From a virus (lineage: Duplodnaviria; Heunggongvirae; Uroviricota; Caudoviricetes): a stretch of DNA of 41,413 nucleotides. Shown here piece after piece: positions 22,001 to 30,769 of this stretch. Positions within the stretch are counted from its first letter, which is position 1, and each line of letters begins with the position of its first letter. The stretch spans positions 1 to 41,413 of IMG/VR virus record IMGVR_UViG_2541047940_000004, one strand, 5' to 3'. Below the pieces are notes generated by a model. The model did not search any database. It saw only the letters and a program-made list of their open reading frames with translations, and had not been told where the DNA came from. The translations under genes were made by a program, and so were the position numbers.

Positions 22001-22450
22001 TCATCGAAGGCATTGCGTCCTGATGTATTCCTGCAGGTAGTTAACCTGCGCGGTTATTTTGTCGATTCCACTTCGGAGACGGTAATAATTGAGTTCAGCA
22101 TCTGCTGTAAGTCTTGGGCTTTCTCCATCGCCCATGCTGCTGGCTCCGGTCGTTGGCTTTGCACAGGTGGCGGCGACTTGCAGGCGCTTACGACCAGCAG
22201 AAACATCAGCACGGAGACTTTCGATAGTCGCGTTAGCATCAGCAAGTTCCTTTGTATATCTTGCGTCGAGTTCTGCTACATCACGTTGACGCTTCTGCAT
22301 ATCAGCGATGATGGATGTGGCTTTATCGCGCTGTTCTTTGTAGGTCATGGCGTTATCACGGTAATGATTAACAGCCCATGACAGGCAGACGATGATGCAG
22401 ATAACCAGAGCGGAGATAATCACGGTTACTCTACTCATTGTTGCCCCCAC
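22001..22450 (-). CDS. Rz i-spanin
   Basis: 149 aa with N-terminal TM segment ([20 protein letters not shown]) and coiled-coil remainder; last gene of lysis cassette. Confidence 0.8.
   Translation of the reverse strand: MGATMSRVTVIISALVICIIVCLSWAVNHYRDNAMTYKEQRDKATSIIADMQKRQRDVAELDARYTKELADANATIESLRADVSAGRKRLQVAATCAKPTTGASSMGDGESPRLTADAELNYYRLRSGIDKITAQVNYLQEYIRTQCLR
22054..22245 (-). CDS. Rz1 o-spanin (embedded in Rz, +1 frame)
   Basis: 63 aa with lipobox-like LLVVSAC and proline-rich [12 protein letters not shown]; entirely within Rz. Confidence 0.7.
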   Translation of the reverse strand: MLMLTRLSKVSVLMFLLVVSACKSPPPVQSQRPEPAAWAMEKAQDLQQMLNSIITVSEVESTK

Positions 22451-22932
22451 AAACAGACTTCACGCTCAATCTCACGGCGAGTCATCAGCCCTTTCCATTG
22501 CTTACCGCCAGCGTATGTCCAGCGCCGTAGCTGATCACATGCGCCTTTGATATCGCCCTGGTTTATTTTGCGAAGAAGCGTCGATGTTCTGAAATTTCCA
22601 GCACCAACGTTGTAAACGAACGAGTAAAGAGCGCCGCGCGTTGTTTCCGGTATATCGACTTTGATGTACGGGTTAATTTGTCTGGCGACAGTGGCAAGGT
22701 CTTTATTCAGGAGGGCTTTGCATTCTGCTTCGGTATACGTTTTACCGAGCATAATGTCTTTTCCGGTATGCCCGTAACATACAGTCCATACACCAACGAT
22801 ATCTTTATATGGTATGTAGCTGACGCCTTCCAGACCATCGTTACCACTTGGGCCAGTGATTAACACAGATGCTATAGCAATAGCCCCGCCACCAATAGCC
22901 GCAGCAACGGCTTTTCGTAATGATGGAGGCAT
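22435..22932 (-). CDS. SAR endolysin (lysozyme)
   Basis: 165 aa; Gly/Ala-rich N-terminal signal-anchor-release-like segment ([20 protein letters not shown]), then lysozyme-like core; between holin and Rz. Confidence 0.8.
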   Translation of the reverse strand: MPPSLRKAVAAAIGGGAIAIASVLITGPSGNDGLEGVSYIPYKDIVGVWTVCYGHTGKDIMLGKTYTEAECKALLNKDLATVARQINPYIKVDIPETTRGALYSFVYNVGAGNFRTSTLLRKINQGDIKGACDQLRRWTYAGGKQWKGLMTRREIEREVCLWGQQ

Positions 22933-23147
22933 TATTCACCTCTCGCAGCCTTTCTTCTGTCTTCTCTGATTTTGAAGTACAGATTTGTCAGATAGGTGAG
23001 AAAGCCCAACACAAGGCTTCCAAGCACCCCAATCGCAGCCCACTGTGATGGACTGACCTGATCCAACCACTGCAAAAACCAGTATCCCGCACTACCAGCG
23101 GATGTTCCGTAGGCAATGCCAGTTGAGATTTTGTCCATTGATTTCAT
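22932..23147 (-). CDS. Pinholin (phage 21 S21-type)
   Basis: 71 aa [71 protein letters not shown] matches S21 from memory. Confidence 0.85.
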   Translation of the reverse strand: MKSMDKISTGIAYGTSAGSAGYWFLQWLDQVSPSQWAAIGVLGSLVLGFLTYLTNLYFKIREDRRKAARGE

Positions 23148-23265
23148 AGCAACGCCTCCGCCAGTAACGGATTGCGTAGTTCTTATATTGGGAAGGGAGA
23201 AAAAGAAGACCGCAGCATAACTATCACTGATGAATTCAGGACATCCAGTGGCTACGGCTCAGTTA

Positions 23266-23341
23266 TGGTGCTGGTTAACGGACTTGAACCGCTACCCATT
23301 CGCTTACAAGGCGACCGCTCTACCATTGGAGCTAAACCAGC
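23266..23341 (-). tRNA. Phage-encoded tRNA-like gene, anticodon UGU (Thr)
   Basis: Hand-folded cloverleaf: 7-bp acceptor GCTGGTT/AACCAGC, D-stem GCTC/GAGC, anticodon loop CUUGUAA (U33, A37), T-arm AGCGG-TTCAAGT-CCGTT, discriminator A plus CCA; one G-A mismatch at the base of the anticodon stem. Confidence 0.6.
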
Positions 23342-23346
23342 ATATT

Positions 23347-23421
23347 TGGCGGGACAGCGTGGACTCGAACCACGATAAGAAGGTTAACAGCCTTCCGTAA
23401 TGACCTTTATACGACTGACCC
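23347..23421 (-). tRNA. Phage-encoded tRNA-like gene, anticodon GUU (Asn)
   Basis: Hand-folded: acceptor GGGTCAG/CTGTCCC (one U-U mismatch), anticodon arm GAAGG-CUGUUAA-CCTTC, T-arm CGTGG-TTCGAGT-CCACG, CCA end; D-stem imperfect. Confidence 0.5.
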
Positions 23422-23425
23422 AAAT

Positions 23426-23467
23426 AAAAAAAGCCACCGTTGCAACTTAAGAGTCACTAACGGCAGC
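23426..23467 (-). terminator. Hairpin plus 7-T run downstream of Q (tR'-like), with a possible pR' just upstream
   Basis: Minus strand reads GCTGCCGTT...AACGGTGGC then TTTTTTT; a TTGACA hexamer lies about 75 nt upstream on the minus strand. Confidence 0.4.
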
Positions 23468-23512
23468 TTATGCGAATAGTGTTGCTCATTTGCTCAATGA
23501 TGTCAACACGTT

Positions 23513-24001
23513 CTATGCTACATGTTTAATTTTCTCTACACGTTTCCGGTTTTTAAACGCACTATCCAGAACCGGGTAAATCATAAACAACGAGGCATTG
23601 AGGATTTCGTCAACTTCCCGTCGACAGGTTGCGAGCGATGGTTTTTGAATGCGCCCGCCGCCCCGGCATAACATCTTGCGAGGTCTTGCGACGCGATGAT
23701 AGTAAGATGCAATGGCGTGCTTGGAAGAGCCGTGGGCGTAGTAGCTGAGGAGGATGCCAAAGGCTTTCTTGTCAATGTACATGACGGAATCGACGACCTG
23801 AGAAATCAACATTCCATCATCATCATTACACATTGGCCTTGTCATAACTCTTCCCGGCTCTACGCTCTCCATGAACTTCGCTATTACGCTGCTCATGCGC
23901 TTTTCCAGACGACCTGAATAAACCCATGCGCCCCACAGTTCAAGCCAGCCATTCAGCCACTCATGCTGTTCTTTGGTGAGGTTTAGTTCTCTTATGCTCA
24001 T
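23513..24001 (-). CDS. Late-gene antiterminator Q-like protein
   Basis: 162 aa, last gene before the tRNAs and lysis cassette; resembles the phage-21/82-type Q family from memory; position-based. Confidence 0.65.
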   Translation of the reverse strand: MSIRELNLTKEQHEWLNGWLELWGAWVYSGRLEKRMSSVIAKFMESVEPGRVMTRPMCNDDDGMLISQVVDSVMYIDKKAFGILLSYYAHGSSKHAIASYYHRVARPRKMLCRGGGRIQKPSLATCRREVDEILNASLFMIYPVLDSAFKNRKRVEKIKHVA

Positions 24002-24186
24002 GGTCTACCCCTCTTGCCCTGTTTGACCATCAGGACGCCGTTAACTATTACGTGACGCTCACCTTTGCTGTCTCGGTTGTACTTGAGCACTGTTCCTCTT
24101 GCGCAGGAAAGCATCCTCGCCACTTCGGTCTGATTGCCTCGTGTCTGGATAAGAAGCTCTGGTATCGTTTGAATTGTGGCGTTCAT
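23998..24186 (-). CDS. ninH: NinH-like small DNA-binding protein
   Basis: 62 aa; IPELLIQTRGNQTEVARMLSCARGTVLKY resembles lambda NinH from memory. Confidence 0.75.
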   Translation of the reverse strand: MNATIQTIPELLIQTRGNQTEVARMLSCARGTVLKYNRDSKGERHVIVNGVLMVKQGKRGRP

Positions 24187-24545
24187 ACATTCTCCAGTTC
24201 GGTGATTTTTATTCCAAGCCTTCCGCCTGGTACTTTCACACCACGAATTACGCGAATGTCATCGAATTGCTCGTCGTCTTCCGCAAATCCGGCGTGGATA
24301 AGGGAGTCGAGTAAACCTTTCAGGATGTTGTCGAGGTCGCGGCGGCGGGAGTCTGGAACGTCTGCGATGACTTTGATGCGGAGTCGTGATTTGGTGAAAA
24401 TGTCTAACTTAAGTTGGCGGATGATTTGCTGAACGTCTTTTCGGTATTTCTGGCCTTTATCGCTGATGTAGTATTGGCTTCCCCGTCTTCGCCAGTAGGT
24501 ATTCACCGACGGCGGGTATGGAAGCACAAACTGATATTCGTTCAT
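24183..24545 (-). CDS. rusA: RusA-type Holliday junction resolvase
   Basis: 120 aa; motifs YWRRRG, RRRDLDN, AGF..DD and PGGRL..I.E match RusA from memory. Confidence 0.85.
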   Translation of the reverse strand: MNEYQFVLPYPPSVNTYWRRRGSQYYISDKGQKYRKDVQQIIRQLKLDIFTKSRLRIKVIADVPDSRRRDLDNILKGLLDSLIHAGFAEDDEQFDDIRVIRGVKVPGGRLGIKITELENV

Positions 24546-24832
24546 GACTTAATCTTCCCCTCCTTCAGCAGTATCGCCTGCGTCCTGATCACGCCTTCGA
24601 GGTGGTAAAGTCTGGCGTCTTTGTTGTCGAGATTATGGGTGCGTCGGTCGATTTCATCGTGACACGCGCTACAAGCCCATGCGCCAATCAGGTCGTCAGG
24701 TTTCATTCCCGTTCCGCAAATTCCAGCCATCCGGTAATGTGCCAGAACTGTAGTTTCAGGATTACCATTGCATACGCCGTAAATACGTACCTGACATTCT
24801 CTGCCGCGCGCTTCTTTGCGTAGGTTAGCCAT
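24542..24832 (-). CDS. DUF1364-family protein (YbcO-like)
   Basis: 96 aa; MANLRKEARGRECQVRIYGVCNGNPETTVLAHYRMAGICGTG...CSACHDEIDRR resembles E. coli DLP12 YbcO from memory. Confidence 0.7.
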   Translation of the reverse strand: MANLRKEARGRECQVRIYGVCNGNPETTVLAHYRMAGICGTGMKPDDLIGAWACSACHDEIDRRTHNLDNKDARLYHLEGVIRTQAILLKEGKIKS

Positions 24833-25554
24833 TAAGCAGCCTCACCTGTTACTTTCAGCATTCCGTTATCGAGAAGCTTTCTGGTCAGCCACTGTTGACC
24901 ACGCCCGGTGATTTTTGTGGTGAACGATATCTGTATTCCGTGATTTGTATTGACCGCTGTTTCTTTCACTGTGAAATAGCCGCGATCCATATATTCCTGC
25001 ATTGGCACATTGCGCCGGGAACCTGAAGCAATAAGGATTTTGTGATCGCGCATCCACGCAAACAGTTTGTTTGGACCAATTCCAACAACCTTTGCAAAGT
25101 TTCCAATCAAAATTCCGCTGGCCTCGCCAACGCGATCGGCAAACTCAACTTTAGGTGCTGCAATTGCGAGCTGGTTTTCCAGTTGCATTTTCTGCTCAGC
25201 AAGATCAGCAGCAAGGCGCAACGCTTCTGGTAGAGTTTTGGGGATATTAACCGCAGCGTCTTCAAGCTCTCGCCAACGGTCAACAAGACGAGCGGTGAAT
25301 TCCGGCGACAACTGGGCTACAACGACAATACTGTCTCGCTTACCTTGTTCTCCCTCAAAAACGTAAGCCTCTACGCCACGAAGTAATCCTAAGTTATTGA
25401 TTTTTTCGAAAACCACCATTGGGGGATTTCGGATCACACCTCGAGCCGCCAGTCGTTCAATAGATTGTTTCACCTTGTCATGACGACTTCCCACCAACTC
25501 AGCGATTTCAATGCTTGTCATTTTGATGGCATTGCCATTTATTAACTCATTCAT
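24832..25554 (-). CDS. Antirepressor-like DNA-binding protein (Roi / KilA-C type) occupying the ninG slot
   Basis: 240 aa in the nin region; N-terminal HTH-like segment, C-terminal region resembling KilA-C-type domains from memory. Confidence 0.5.
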   Translation of the reverse strand: MNELINGNAIKMTSIEIAELVGSRHDKVKQSIERLAARGVIRNPPMVVFEKINNLGLLRGVEAYVFEGEQGKRDSIVVVAQLSPEFTARLVDRWRELEDAAVNIPKTLPEALRLAADLAEQKMQLENQLAIAAPKVEFADRVGEASGILIGNFAKVVGIGPNKLFAWMRDHKILIASGSRRNVPMQEYMDRGYFTVKETAVNTNHGIQISFTTKITGRGQQWLTRKLLDNGMLKVTGEAA

Positions 25555-25723
25555 CGTCTTCTTCCTCGTACATTGAGCTATTCGGATCGCTCATCAGTTC
25601 TGCGCAGCAGTGCTCACACACGTGAACTTCCAGCATATGCAGCTTCTGACCGCAGTTAGCGCACGTTAAAGCTCGCTCGACGCTTTCTTTCTGGTATTGA
25701 AGGGATTGGGATGGGCTAAGCAT
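25547..25723 (-). CDS. NinF-like small Cys-rich protein (58 aa), absent from the supplied ORF track
   Basis: Hand-translated: [58 protein letters not shown]; ATG overlaps the stop of the upstream gene. Confidence 0.6.
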   Translation of the reverse strand: MLSPSQSLQYQKESVERALTCANCGQKLHMLEVHVCEHCCAELMSDPNSSMYEEEDDE

Positions 25724-26088
25724 TATTGGATTCTCTGCATCATGAGAAAGACAATCATGGCGGCGCGGAGGGGATTTTCATGTATAGCTCGCTTAGATTT
25801 ACAGTAGGCCACACCGCGTGCACCCCACTCGTCTTCATCGAGATTGATAATGCTAATCCTGTATTTTTCAATAATCGGCCATGCGTCTGCTGGGTTTACG
25901 CATGGGTTAAATGATCCGCGCTCAACTTCTACTTCAACTGCGTCTCCGTTTACAATGTCTCCCTCAAATGAGACAAACACCATATCGCCATTCTCACCTT
26001 CTTTGTAATCAGGTGATCCGTTATGAATGGCTTCGAATACCGCCACGTTAATTTCAAAATCACTTAACTGTGAATAATCCATTGTCAT
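25723..26088 (-). CDS. NinX-like protein
   Basis: Start at internal Met ([18 protein letters not shown]...) overlapping NinE stop (ATGA); position between ninE and ninF as in P22. Confidence 0.6.
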   Translation of the reverse strand: MTMDYSQLSDFEINVAVFEAIHNGSPDYKEGENGDMVFVSFEGDIVNGDAVEVEVERGSFNPCVNPADAWPIIEKYRISIINLDEDEWGARGVAYCKSKRAIHENPLRAAMIVFLMMQRIQ

Positions 26089-26261
26089 TTCCTCGCACGA
26101 TGTCTTAGCCACCGGATATCCCACAGGTGAGCCGTGTAGTTGAAGGTTTTTACGTCAGATTCTTTTGGGATTGGCTTGCGTTTATTTCTGGAGCGTTTCG
26201 TTGGAAGGTATTTGCAGTTTTCGCAGATGATGTCGGTGATACTTCGTCGCTGTCGCCTCAT
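26085..26261 (-). CDS. ninE: NinE-like protein
   Basis: 58 aa [58 protein letters not shown] resembles lambda NinE from memory; ATGA overlap with ninB stop. Confidence 0.7.
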   Translation of the reverse strand: MRRQRRSITDIICENCKYLPTKRSRNKRKPIPKESDVKTFNYTAHLWDIRWLRHRARK

Positions 26262-26698
26262 GCCGCCCTGTCTCCCCATCTCGCTTTCCACTCCAGAGCC
26301 AGTCGCGCTTCGTCTGACCACTTAACGCCACGCTCTGTACCGAATGCCTGTATAAGCTCTAATAACTCCGCAAATTCGCTTACACGCATCCTGCTGGTTG
26401 ACTGGCCTATTACCACAAAGCCATTCCCGGTAAGGTTAGGAACAACGTCCTGCTGCTTTAATGCTGCTGTAAAAACGCACTTCCAGCTTTCTGCATCCAG
26501 CCAGCGACCATGCCATTCAACCTGACGAGAGACGTCACCAAGGCAAGCCCAAAGCTTTCGATTCTGGTCTAAGCTGCGGTTGCGTTCCTGAATGGTTACT
26601 ACGATTGGTTTGGTTGGGTCTGGAAGGATTTGCTGGATAGCTTGAATGGCGTTCTGCTGATGGATGGGGCTTCTTAGTTCAAATGTTAGTTTCCTCAT
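26258..26698 (-). CDS. ninB: NinB (Orf-family recombination mediator)
   Basis: [66 protein letters not shown]... matches lambda NinB from memory; start at internal Met of track ORF. Confidence 0.85.
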   Translation of the reverse strand: MRKLTFELRSPIHQQNAIQAIQQILPDPTKPIVVTIQERNRSLDQNRKLWACLGDVSRQVEWHGRWLDAESWKCVFTAALKQQDVVPNLTGNGFVVIGQSTSRMRVSEFAELLELIQAFGTERGVKWSDEARLALEWKARWGDRAA

Positions 26699-26867
26699 CA
26701 CCCTTAACCCTCTCGAAGTTCTTCTCGAAGTTTTTGGTGTCGAATACTGACCACCGCCCATTGTGAATGGCGTATGCACAGGTTTTGTTTTCGTCCTGAT
26801 AAACAACTCTTACCTTGCGATAAAACCGTGGCTTAATTTCTCTAAATATTTTCTCGCTCATACTCAC
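26679..26867 (-). CDS. Hypothetical 62-aa protein (ninA-position)
   Basis: ORF between replication genes and ninB; overlaps ninB start. Confidence 0.45.
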   Translation of the reverse strand: MSMSEKIFREIKPRFYRKVRVVYQDENKTCAYAIHNGRWSVFDTKNFEKNFERVKGDEETNI

Positions 26868-27178
26868 TCCTTCACTTTGATTCCAGCGGCGCGGATGGCC
26901 TCTACATCGCTTTCGTATTGTGATTCTGCACCTGAGTCATAGCCAATGTGATAATCACCGGGAAGTGGGCCTTTCTTTGGCTTTTGCAGCTCAATTTCAA
27001 TAGCTGCTCTCGATGCCTGCCACGTTTGCCAGTGGCCTTGAACATCGTCCATCACGTATTGACCACCAATATCACCACTGCCAATTTCATGGTGATTTTC
27101 AGGGTAACGGATAAGGTCTGATGATTCGCCTCCACGTCGCAACCAACTTTCTTCAAACTGCTTTCTTGATTCGTCCAT
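26864..27178 (-). CDS. Hypothetical 104-aa protein
   Basis: ORF with GAGGG upstream; acidic. Confidence 0.5.
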   Translation of the reverse strand: MDESRKQFEESWLRRGGESSDLIRYPENHHEIGSGDIGGQYVMDDVQGHWQTWQASRAAIEIELQKPKKGPLPGDYHIGYDSGAESQYESDVEAIRAAGIKVKE

Positions 27179-27416
27179 CGATACTTACCCTCAGTTCAAC
27201 TCACAAAACGCCACGCCATTTTTGCTACGACAACAGGCATAACACCGATAATCACCCAGACAAATGCAGCGCCAAACAACGTATACCATGGGTCTTTACC
27301 GTCATTCACAAGACGAAGTAGCTATGCAGAACAATAAAAAACGTCAGAAGAATCCATCCAACGCCAACGCATTTGAATGCGACGAGCATGAACTCAGCCA
27401 CGATTTACTCTCCCCC

Positions 27417-27447
27417 AAATAAAAAGGCCTGCGATTACCAGCAGGCC
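27417..27447 (-). terminator. Rho-independent terminator downstream of helicase gene (tR2-like)
   Basis: Minus strand reads GGCCTGC-tggtaatc-GCAGGCC followed by TTTTTATTT. Confidence 0.5.
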
Positions 27448-27473
27448 TGTTATTAGCTCAGTGATGTAGATGG

Positions 27474-28850
27474 TCATACGTCAGCCCCTTGTGCATATCG
27501 TCTGCCACGTGCAGCGGGTGCATTTGATGCTGTGCAAATCTGTCTGGCTTCATCCTGGTCACATGCAACAAAGTGTCCGTTACAGAACCGCTGGTAAACC
27601 GTACCAAGTGAGCCAAAACGGTTTTTCGTCACGATGATTTCAGCAAATGGCGCGGCGCTACTGTTCTCGTCATATACCGCTTCCCGATAGAGCATGATGA
27701 TTGAGTCTGCGTCCTGCTCAATGCTTCCTGAATCACGCAAATCTGCGTTTGTCGGGCGTTTGTTTGGTCGCTTCTCAACATCGCGCGAAAGCTGACTCAG
27801 GGAGATAACAGGCGTTTTCAGGTCTTTCGCCATCGCCTTCAGGCTTCCTGAGATGTGAGCAATTGCGAGGTCGTTGCGGTCTGCTTTCGGCTTCTCAATC
27901 AGGCCAAGATAATCCGCCATGATGAGTGACAGGTTTGGATTTTCCTGTTTGTGCCGCTCTGCGATTGAGCGAATTTCTTCTACCGATAACCGCGAGGCAT
28001 CGACTACCCATACATCCAAATCTGCAAGCTGACTCATGCCGTTAGCAACACGCGCCCAGCCTTCGTCATCCATCGATGCAGGATTTCGCAGTACGCTAAC
28101 CGACATCCTCCCGGCGTTGGCAATGCTTCGCTCTGCAATCTGCAATGCGCTCATTTCCATTGAGAAAATCAATACCCCGCGCCGGACGTCAGAACCAGGA
28201 ATAACGCGGCTTGCAACGCCTTCGGCAATCTTCAGCGCCAGTTCGGTTTTCCCCATACCAGGACGAGCAGCGATTATCACCAGGTCTTCCGCGTTCATCC
28301 CTCCGGTGATGGCATCAAGTTCTTCGATTCCGGTCTTCAGGGTATCTGACTCTTCTCCGTTCCTCAGACGCCTGTCAAGCGTGTCAGTGTAGTCGGTGAT
28401 GATTTCCCCTAACCGTACCGGTTTAACCTCGTCACGGGGCTTTCTGATGGCTGAAAGACGCTTTACAAGCTCATCCATCGCCTGACTCGATGCGTCGATG
28501 GTTCCGCTCTGAATTGGTTCACGCATTTCGTCCATGATTTCCAGCACCAGACGGCGGTGATAGTTATCCGCGACCATTCCAGCATATCCCTTCAGGTTTG
28601 CGGCGCTCGGGCAGTTTTTGCTGGTCATCAGGATTGACGTGAAATGCTCCTCTCCGCACGCCTCGGCAACCATCAGCGCGTCGATTAGGTTTCTGTTTCT
28701 CGCCTGCTTGCGGATAACCTCGAAGGCTTTCCGGTAGAGCGGAATTGAAAACGCTTCCGGCTCAAGCGTTGCCAGAACGTCACTGGCAGTTGGTGTTAAT
28801 CCACCAATCAGCAGGCCACCGATAACGCTCGCTTCGATATCCTGTCTCAT
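27474..28850 (-). CDS. Replicative DNA helicase, DnaB family (P22 gene 12-like)
   Basis: 458 aa; Walker A ARPGMGKT; N-terminal DnaB-like domain; downstream of O-like gene. Confidence 0.9.
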   Translation of the reverse strand: MRQDIEASVIGGLLIGGLTPTASDVLATLEPEAFSIPLYRKAFEVIRKQARNRNLIDALMVAEACGEEHFTSILMTSKNCPSAANLKGYAGMVADNYHRRLVLEIMDEMREPIQSGTIDASSQAMDELVKRLSAIRKPRDEVKPVRLGEIITDYTDTLDRRLRNGEESDTLKTGIEELDAITGGMNAEDLVIIAARPGMGKTELALKIAEGVASRVIPGSDVRRGVLIFSMEMSALQIAERSIANAGRMSVSVLRNPASMDDEGWARVANGMSQLADLDVWVVDASRLSVEEIRSIAERHKQENPNLSLIMADYLGLIEKPKADRNDLAIAHISGSLKAMAKDLKTPVISLSQLSRDVEKRPNKRPTNADLRDSGSIEQDADSIIMLYREAVYDENSSAAPFAEIIVTKNRFGSLGTVYQRFCNGHFVACDQDEARQICTASNAPAARGRRYAQGADV

Positions 28851-29794
28851 GCTATCCCCCTGTCTGCAAACTTCCCTTCCCGTACTCCCGTTAACGAGTC
28901 TTCCCTCAGCAGGTAATCAAAATCAGCCGTCCAGCCCGTGTCGTTGTCTCCGAAGTAAAACGGCTTGGCCTGATGCACAAACGCCCTGACATACGCTCTG
29001 AAACCGTCCACGTTTGGCGTTTTCAGTTGCGGAATGATTTTCTTCAGGCGACGTTTGCGTTTCTCGTTGACCGCAACAGCGTGTGGCAGTCTGTCACCGA
29101 CTTCGGTGTTGTAGGCGTTCAGGAAGGATTCGTAGTCGATGCGTTCTGCCTTGCGACGTTCAGGTTTAACCTGCCCATCGCCTCCCCCATTGGGGGGTAG
29201 GGGGGTATTATTTATATTCTTGTTAATACCTTCTTGTTCATGATGTGCGGTTGTTTGTGCGGCTTCATGTGCGCTTTCATGTGCGGCATGTACGCTGAAT
29301 GCCGCGCCATTACTGGCTTCATCATGTGCGGCATCATGTGCGGTTGTTTGTGCGGCTTCATGTGCGGGTAAATTGTCCATTTTTTGAGCATATTCATAGT
29401 AATTTGTGATGGTTATCACACGACCTTTTTGCTTCTCTCCATCAATGGAGATCATCCCCTCTTTCACAAAAACCTGAAGCATCCGCTCAACCTGATCACG
29501 GCTTGCTGGCTTGCCATGCCTGTCGCATAACTGAAGACCTAAATCAGCTGCTGTCACAACCAGTTGACCGGGTTGCAGATGCCATTCATGACCTTTGAAA
29601 TTCGCTTTGTATGGCTTTCTGGCGGCATTCAGGAGAAGGTTTTCCCACAGGGTGCGAAGATAAACATCTTTCGCCCATGACTGTTTCAGAATGCTCCGGT
29701 ACAACGGAATGTAACCAGTTTTCTGGTTCTCCATCCTGTTGCTCCTGCGCTCGTGTGCGGCGCTGAAATCGTAGATTTTTGCTGTATTGCTCAT
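28847..29794 (-). CDS. Replication initiator O-like protein with internal repeat linker
   Basis: 315 aa; position between cII and helicase; His/Ala-rich repeats ([19 protein letters not shown]...) encoded by tandem DNA repeats. Confidence 0.7.
   Translation of the reverse strand: MSNTAKIYDFSAAHERRSNRMENQKTGYIPLYRSILKQSWAKDVYLRTLWENLLLNAARKPYKANFKGHEWHLQPGQLVVTAADLGLQLCDRHGKPASRDQVERMLQVFVKEGMISIDGEKQKGRVITITNYYEYAQKMDNLPAHEAAQTTAHDAAHDEASNGAAFSVHAAHESAHEAAQTTAHHEQEGINKNINNTPLPPNGGGDGQVKPERRKAERIDYESFLNAYNTEVGDRLPHAVAVNEKRKRRLKKIIPQLKTPNVDGFRAYVRAFVHQAKPFYFGDNDTGWTADFDYLLREDSLTGVREGKFADRGIA
29239..29365. repeat. Tandem ~12-bp repeats within O-like gene (candidate origin iterons)
   Basis: Units such as ttgtttgtgcgg / cttcatgtgcgg recur about 8 times; a roughly 33-bp block is duplicated at about 29230 and 29326; an AT-rich stretch lies at about 29205-29230. 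Confidence 0.5.
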
Positions 29795-29796
29795 AA

Positions 29797-30069
29797 CTAC
29801 CTGCCTTGACGAAAGACCTTAAGAACATCGTTAAACTGACTTACGGATATGTCTTCTTTGAGCAGCTTTTCCAGAAATGCGTTTGGAATGAACGTATATC
29901 CCTCCTCTTTTGGTAGAGACGGGAGCAACGCCCTCGCCTCAGCCTTCAGAAGCTCAGTTCTGGCAACTTTCACAAAAGAGATTTGAGTTCTTTCATCAAT
30001 GGAACGAAGGAAGCGCAAACGCTTAGCTTCTTTGTGTGTATCAGGTGGATTAAAGCCTTTGTTTCGCAT
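29797..30069 (-). CDS. Hypothetical 90-aa protein between cII-like and O-like genes
   Basis: Start at internal Met MRNKGFNPPDTH... with GAGGT RBS; stop overlaps O start (ATGA); the longer track ORF 29797-30234 overlaps cII and is rejected. Confidence 0.5.
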   Translation of the reverse strand: MRNKGFNPPDTHKEAKRLRFLRSIDERTQISFVKVARTELLKAEARALLPSLPKEEGYTFIPNAFLEKLLKEDISVSQFNDVLKVFRQGR

Positions 30070-30091
30070 ATAATTACCTCGCTGGATGTTG

Positions 30092-30388
30092 TTAAAATTC
30101 CATTTGTATTTGATCAGAACGCTCGGTTGCCGCCGGGCGTTTTTTATTGGTGAGTCCATCAAGCGCATACTTAAAAGCCCTGCTAATCGGACTGATGTCT
30201 GATGCCATTCCGAAAGCACACAAGACCGAAGCAATAAATCTCCAGTCCGTTCTGCTTATCTTCGATTCATGATAGCCAATCATCTTTGCCAACCCGCGCT
30301 GGGTAAGCGTTGACAGGTTGATGAGTAAATCAGTTTCAGCGCGATCAATTTCTCGCTGTGTTGGCTTGCTGTAGCTTGCTTGTGCCAT
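30092..30388 (-). CDS. CII-like transcriptional activator (P22 c1 homolog)
   Basis: 98 aa; C-terminus TNKKRPAATERSDQIQMEF matches the lambda CII C-terminus from memory. Confidence 0.8.
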   Translation of the reverse strand: MAQASYSKPTQREIDRAETDLLINLSTLTQRGLAKMIGYHESKISRTDWRFIASVLCAFGMASDISPISRAFKYALDGLTNKKRPAATERSDQIQMEF

Positions 30389-30503
30389 TTGTTAATTTTC
30401 CTATATTGATATTGAGTTATAGCGGCACACCCAATGGATTTGCCGCTGATGTTTGCTCACCCTGTTAGAGGTGAAAGGCCAGAACTGTTAAAGAGCAATT
30501 TGC

Positions 30504-30689
30504 TTATGCCACTTGGCGGTAAGCACTTTCTTGATACTTCAGGGCGCCAGCTGTAACAATTTCCAATCGATAGGCGTCTTTCTCTGGGATAACTTCTTTC
30601 CACTGAGAGACTGCTGCATCGCTAATGCCTAGTGCTTTAGCAACAGCACGCTGGGTTCCGAAGTGGTCAATAACATCTTTTTTGTACAT
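30504..30689 (-). CDS. cro: Cro repressor (P22-type)
   Basis: 61 aa MYKKDVIDHFGTQRAVAKALGISDAAVSQWKEVIPEKDAYRLEIVTAGALKYQ... matches P22 Cro from memory. Confidence 0.85.
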   Translation of the reverse strand: MYKKDVIDHFGTQRAVAKALGISDAAVSQWKEVIPEKDAYRLEIVTAGALKYQESAYRQVA

Positions 30690-30769
30690 AGACTCGCTCC
30701 GAAATTAAAGAACACTTAAATTATCCACCAAAGGAATCTTAAGTCAAGTTTATTTAAGATGTCTTAACT
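30690..30769. promoter_or_regulatory. OR operator / pR-pRM region between cro and c2
   Basis: P22-type operator palindromes ATTTAAGATGTCTTAACT (30752-30769) and ATTAAAGAACACTTAAAT (30703-30720); minus-strand TTGACT-17 bp-GATAAT promoter ahead of cro. Confidence 0.7.

Noticed and set aside
23172-23378. Track ORF (+, 68 aa) between holin and Q
   Set aside because: It overlaps the two tRNA-like genes on the opposite strand and has no RBS; the tRNA interpretation explains the sequence better
27394-27477. 27-aa hydrophobic ORF overlapping the helicase stop
   Set aside because: It coincides with a strong hairpin plus T-run terminator on the same strand; more likely a terminator than a gene. The adjacent 27-aa ORF at 27306-27389 is also unsupported
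29239-29365. Possible CRISPR array
   Set aside because: Repeat units are about 12 bp and contiguous with no spacers, and lie inside a coding frame; consistent with iterons or a repetitive linker
29212-29397. Track ORF (+, 61 aa, His/Met/Pro/Lys-rich) and track ORF 29586-29828 (-)
   Set aside because: Both lie inside the O-like gene; the first is the opposite-strand reading of the tandem DNA repeats, the second an alternate frame
29797-30234. 145-aa track ORF upstream of O
   Set aside because: Its 5' half overlaps the cII-like gene in another frame; the gene is trimmed to the internal Met at 30069, which has an RBS
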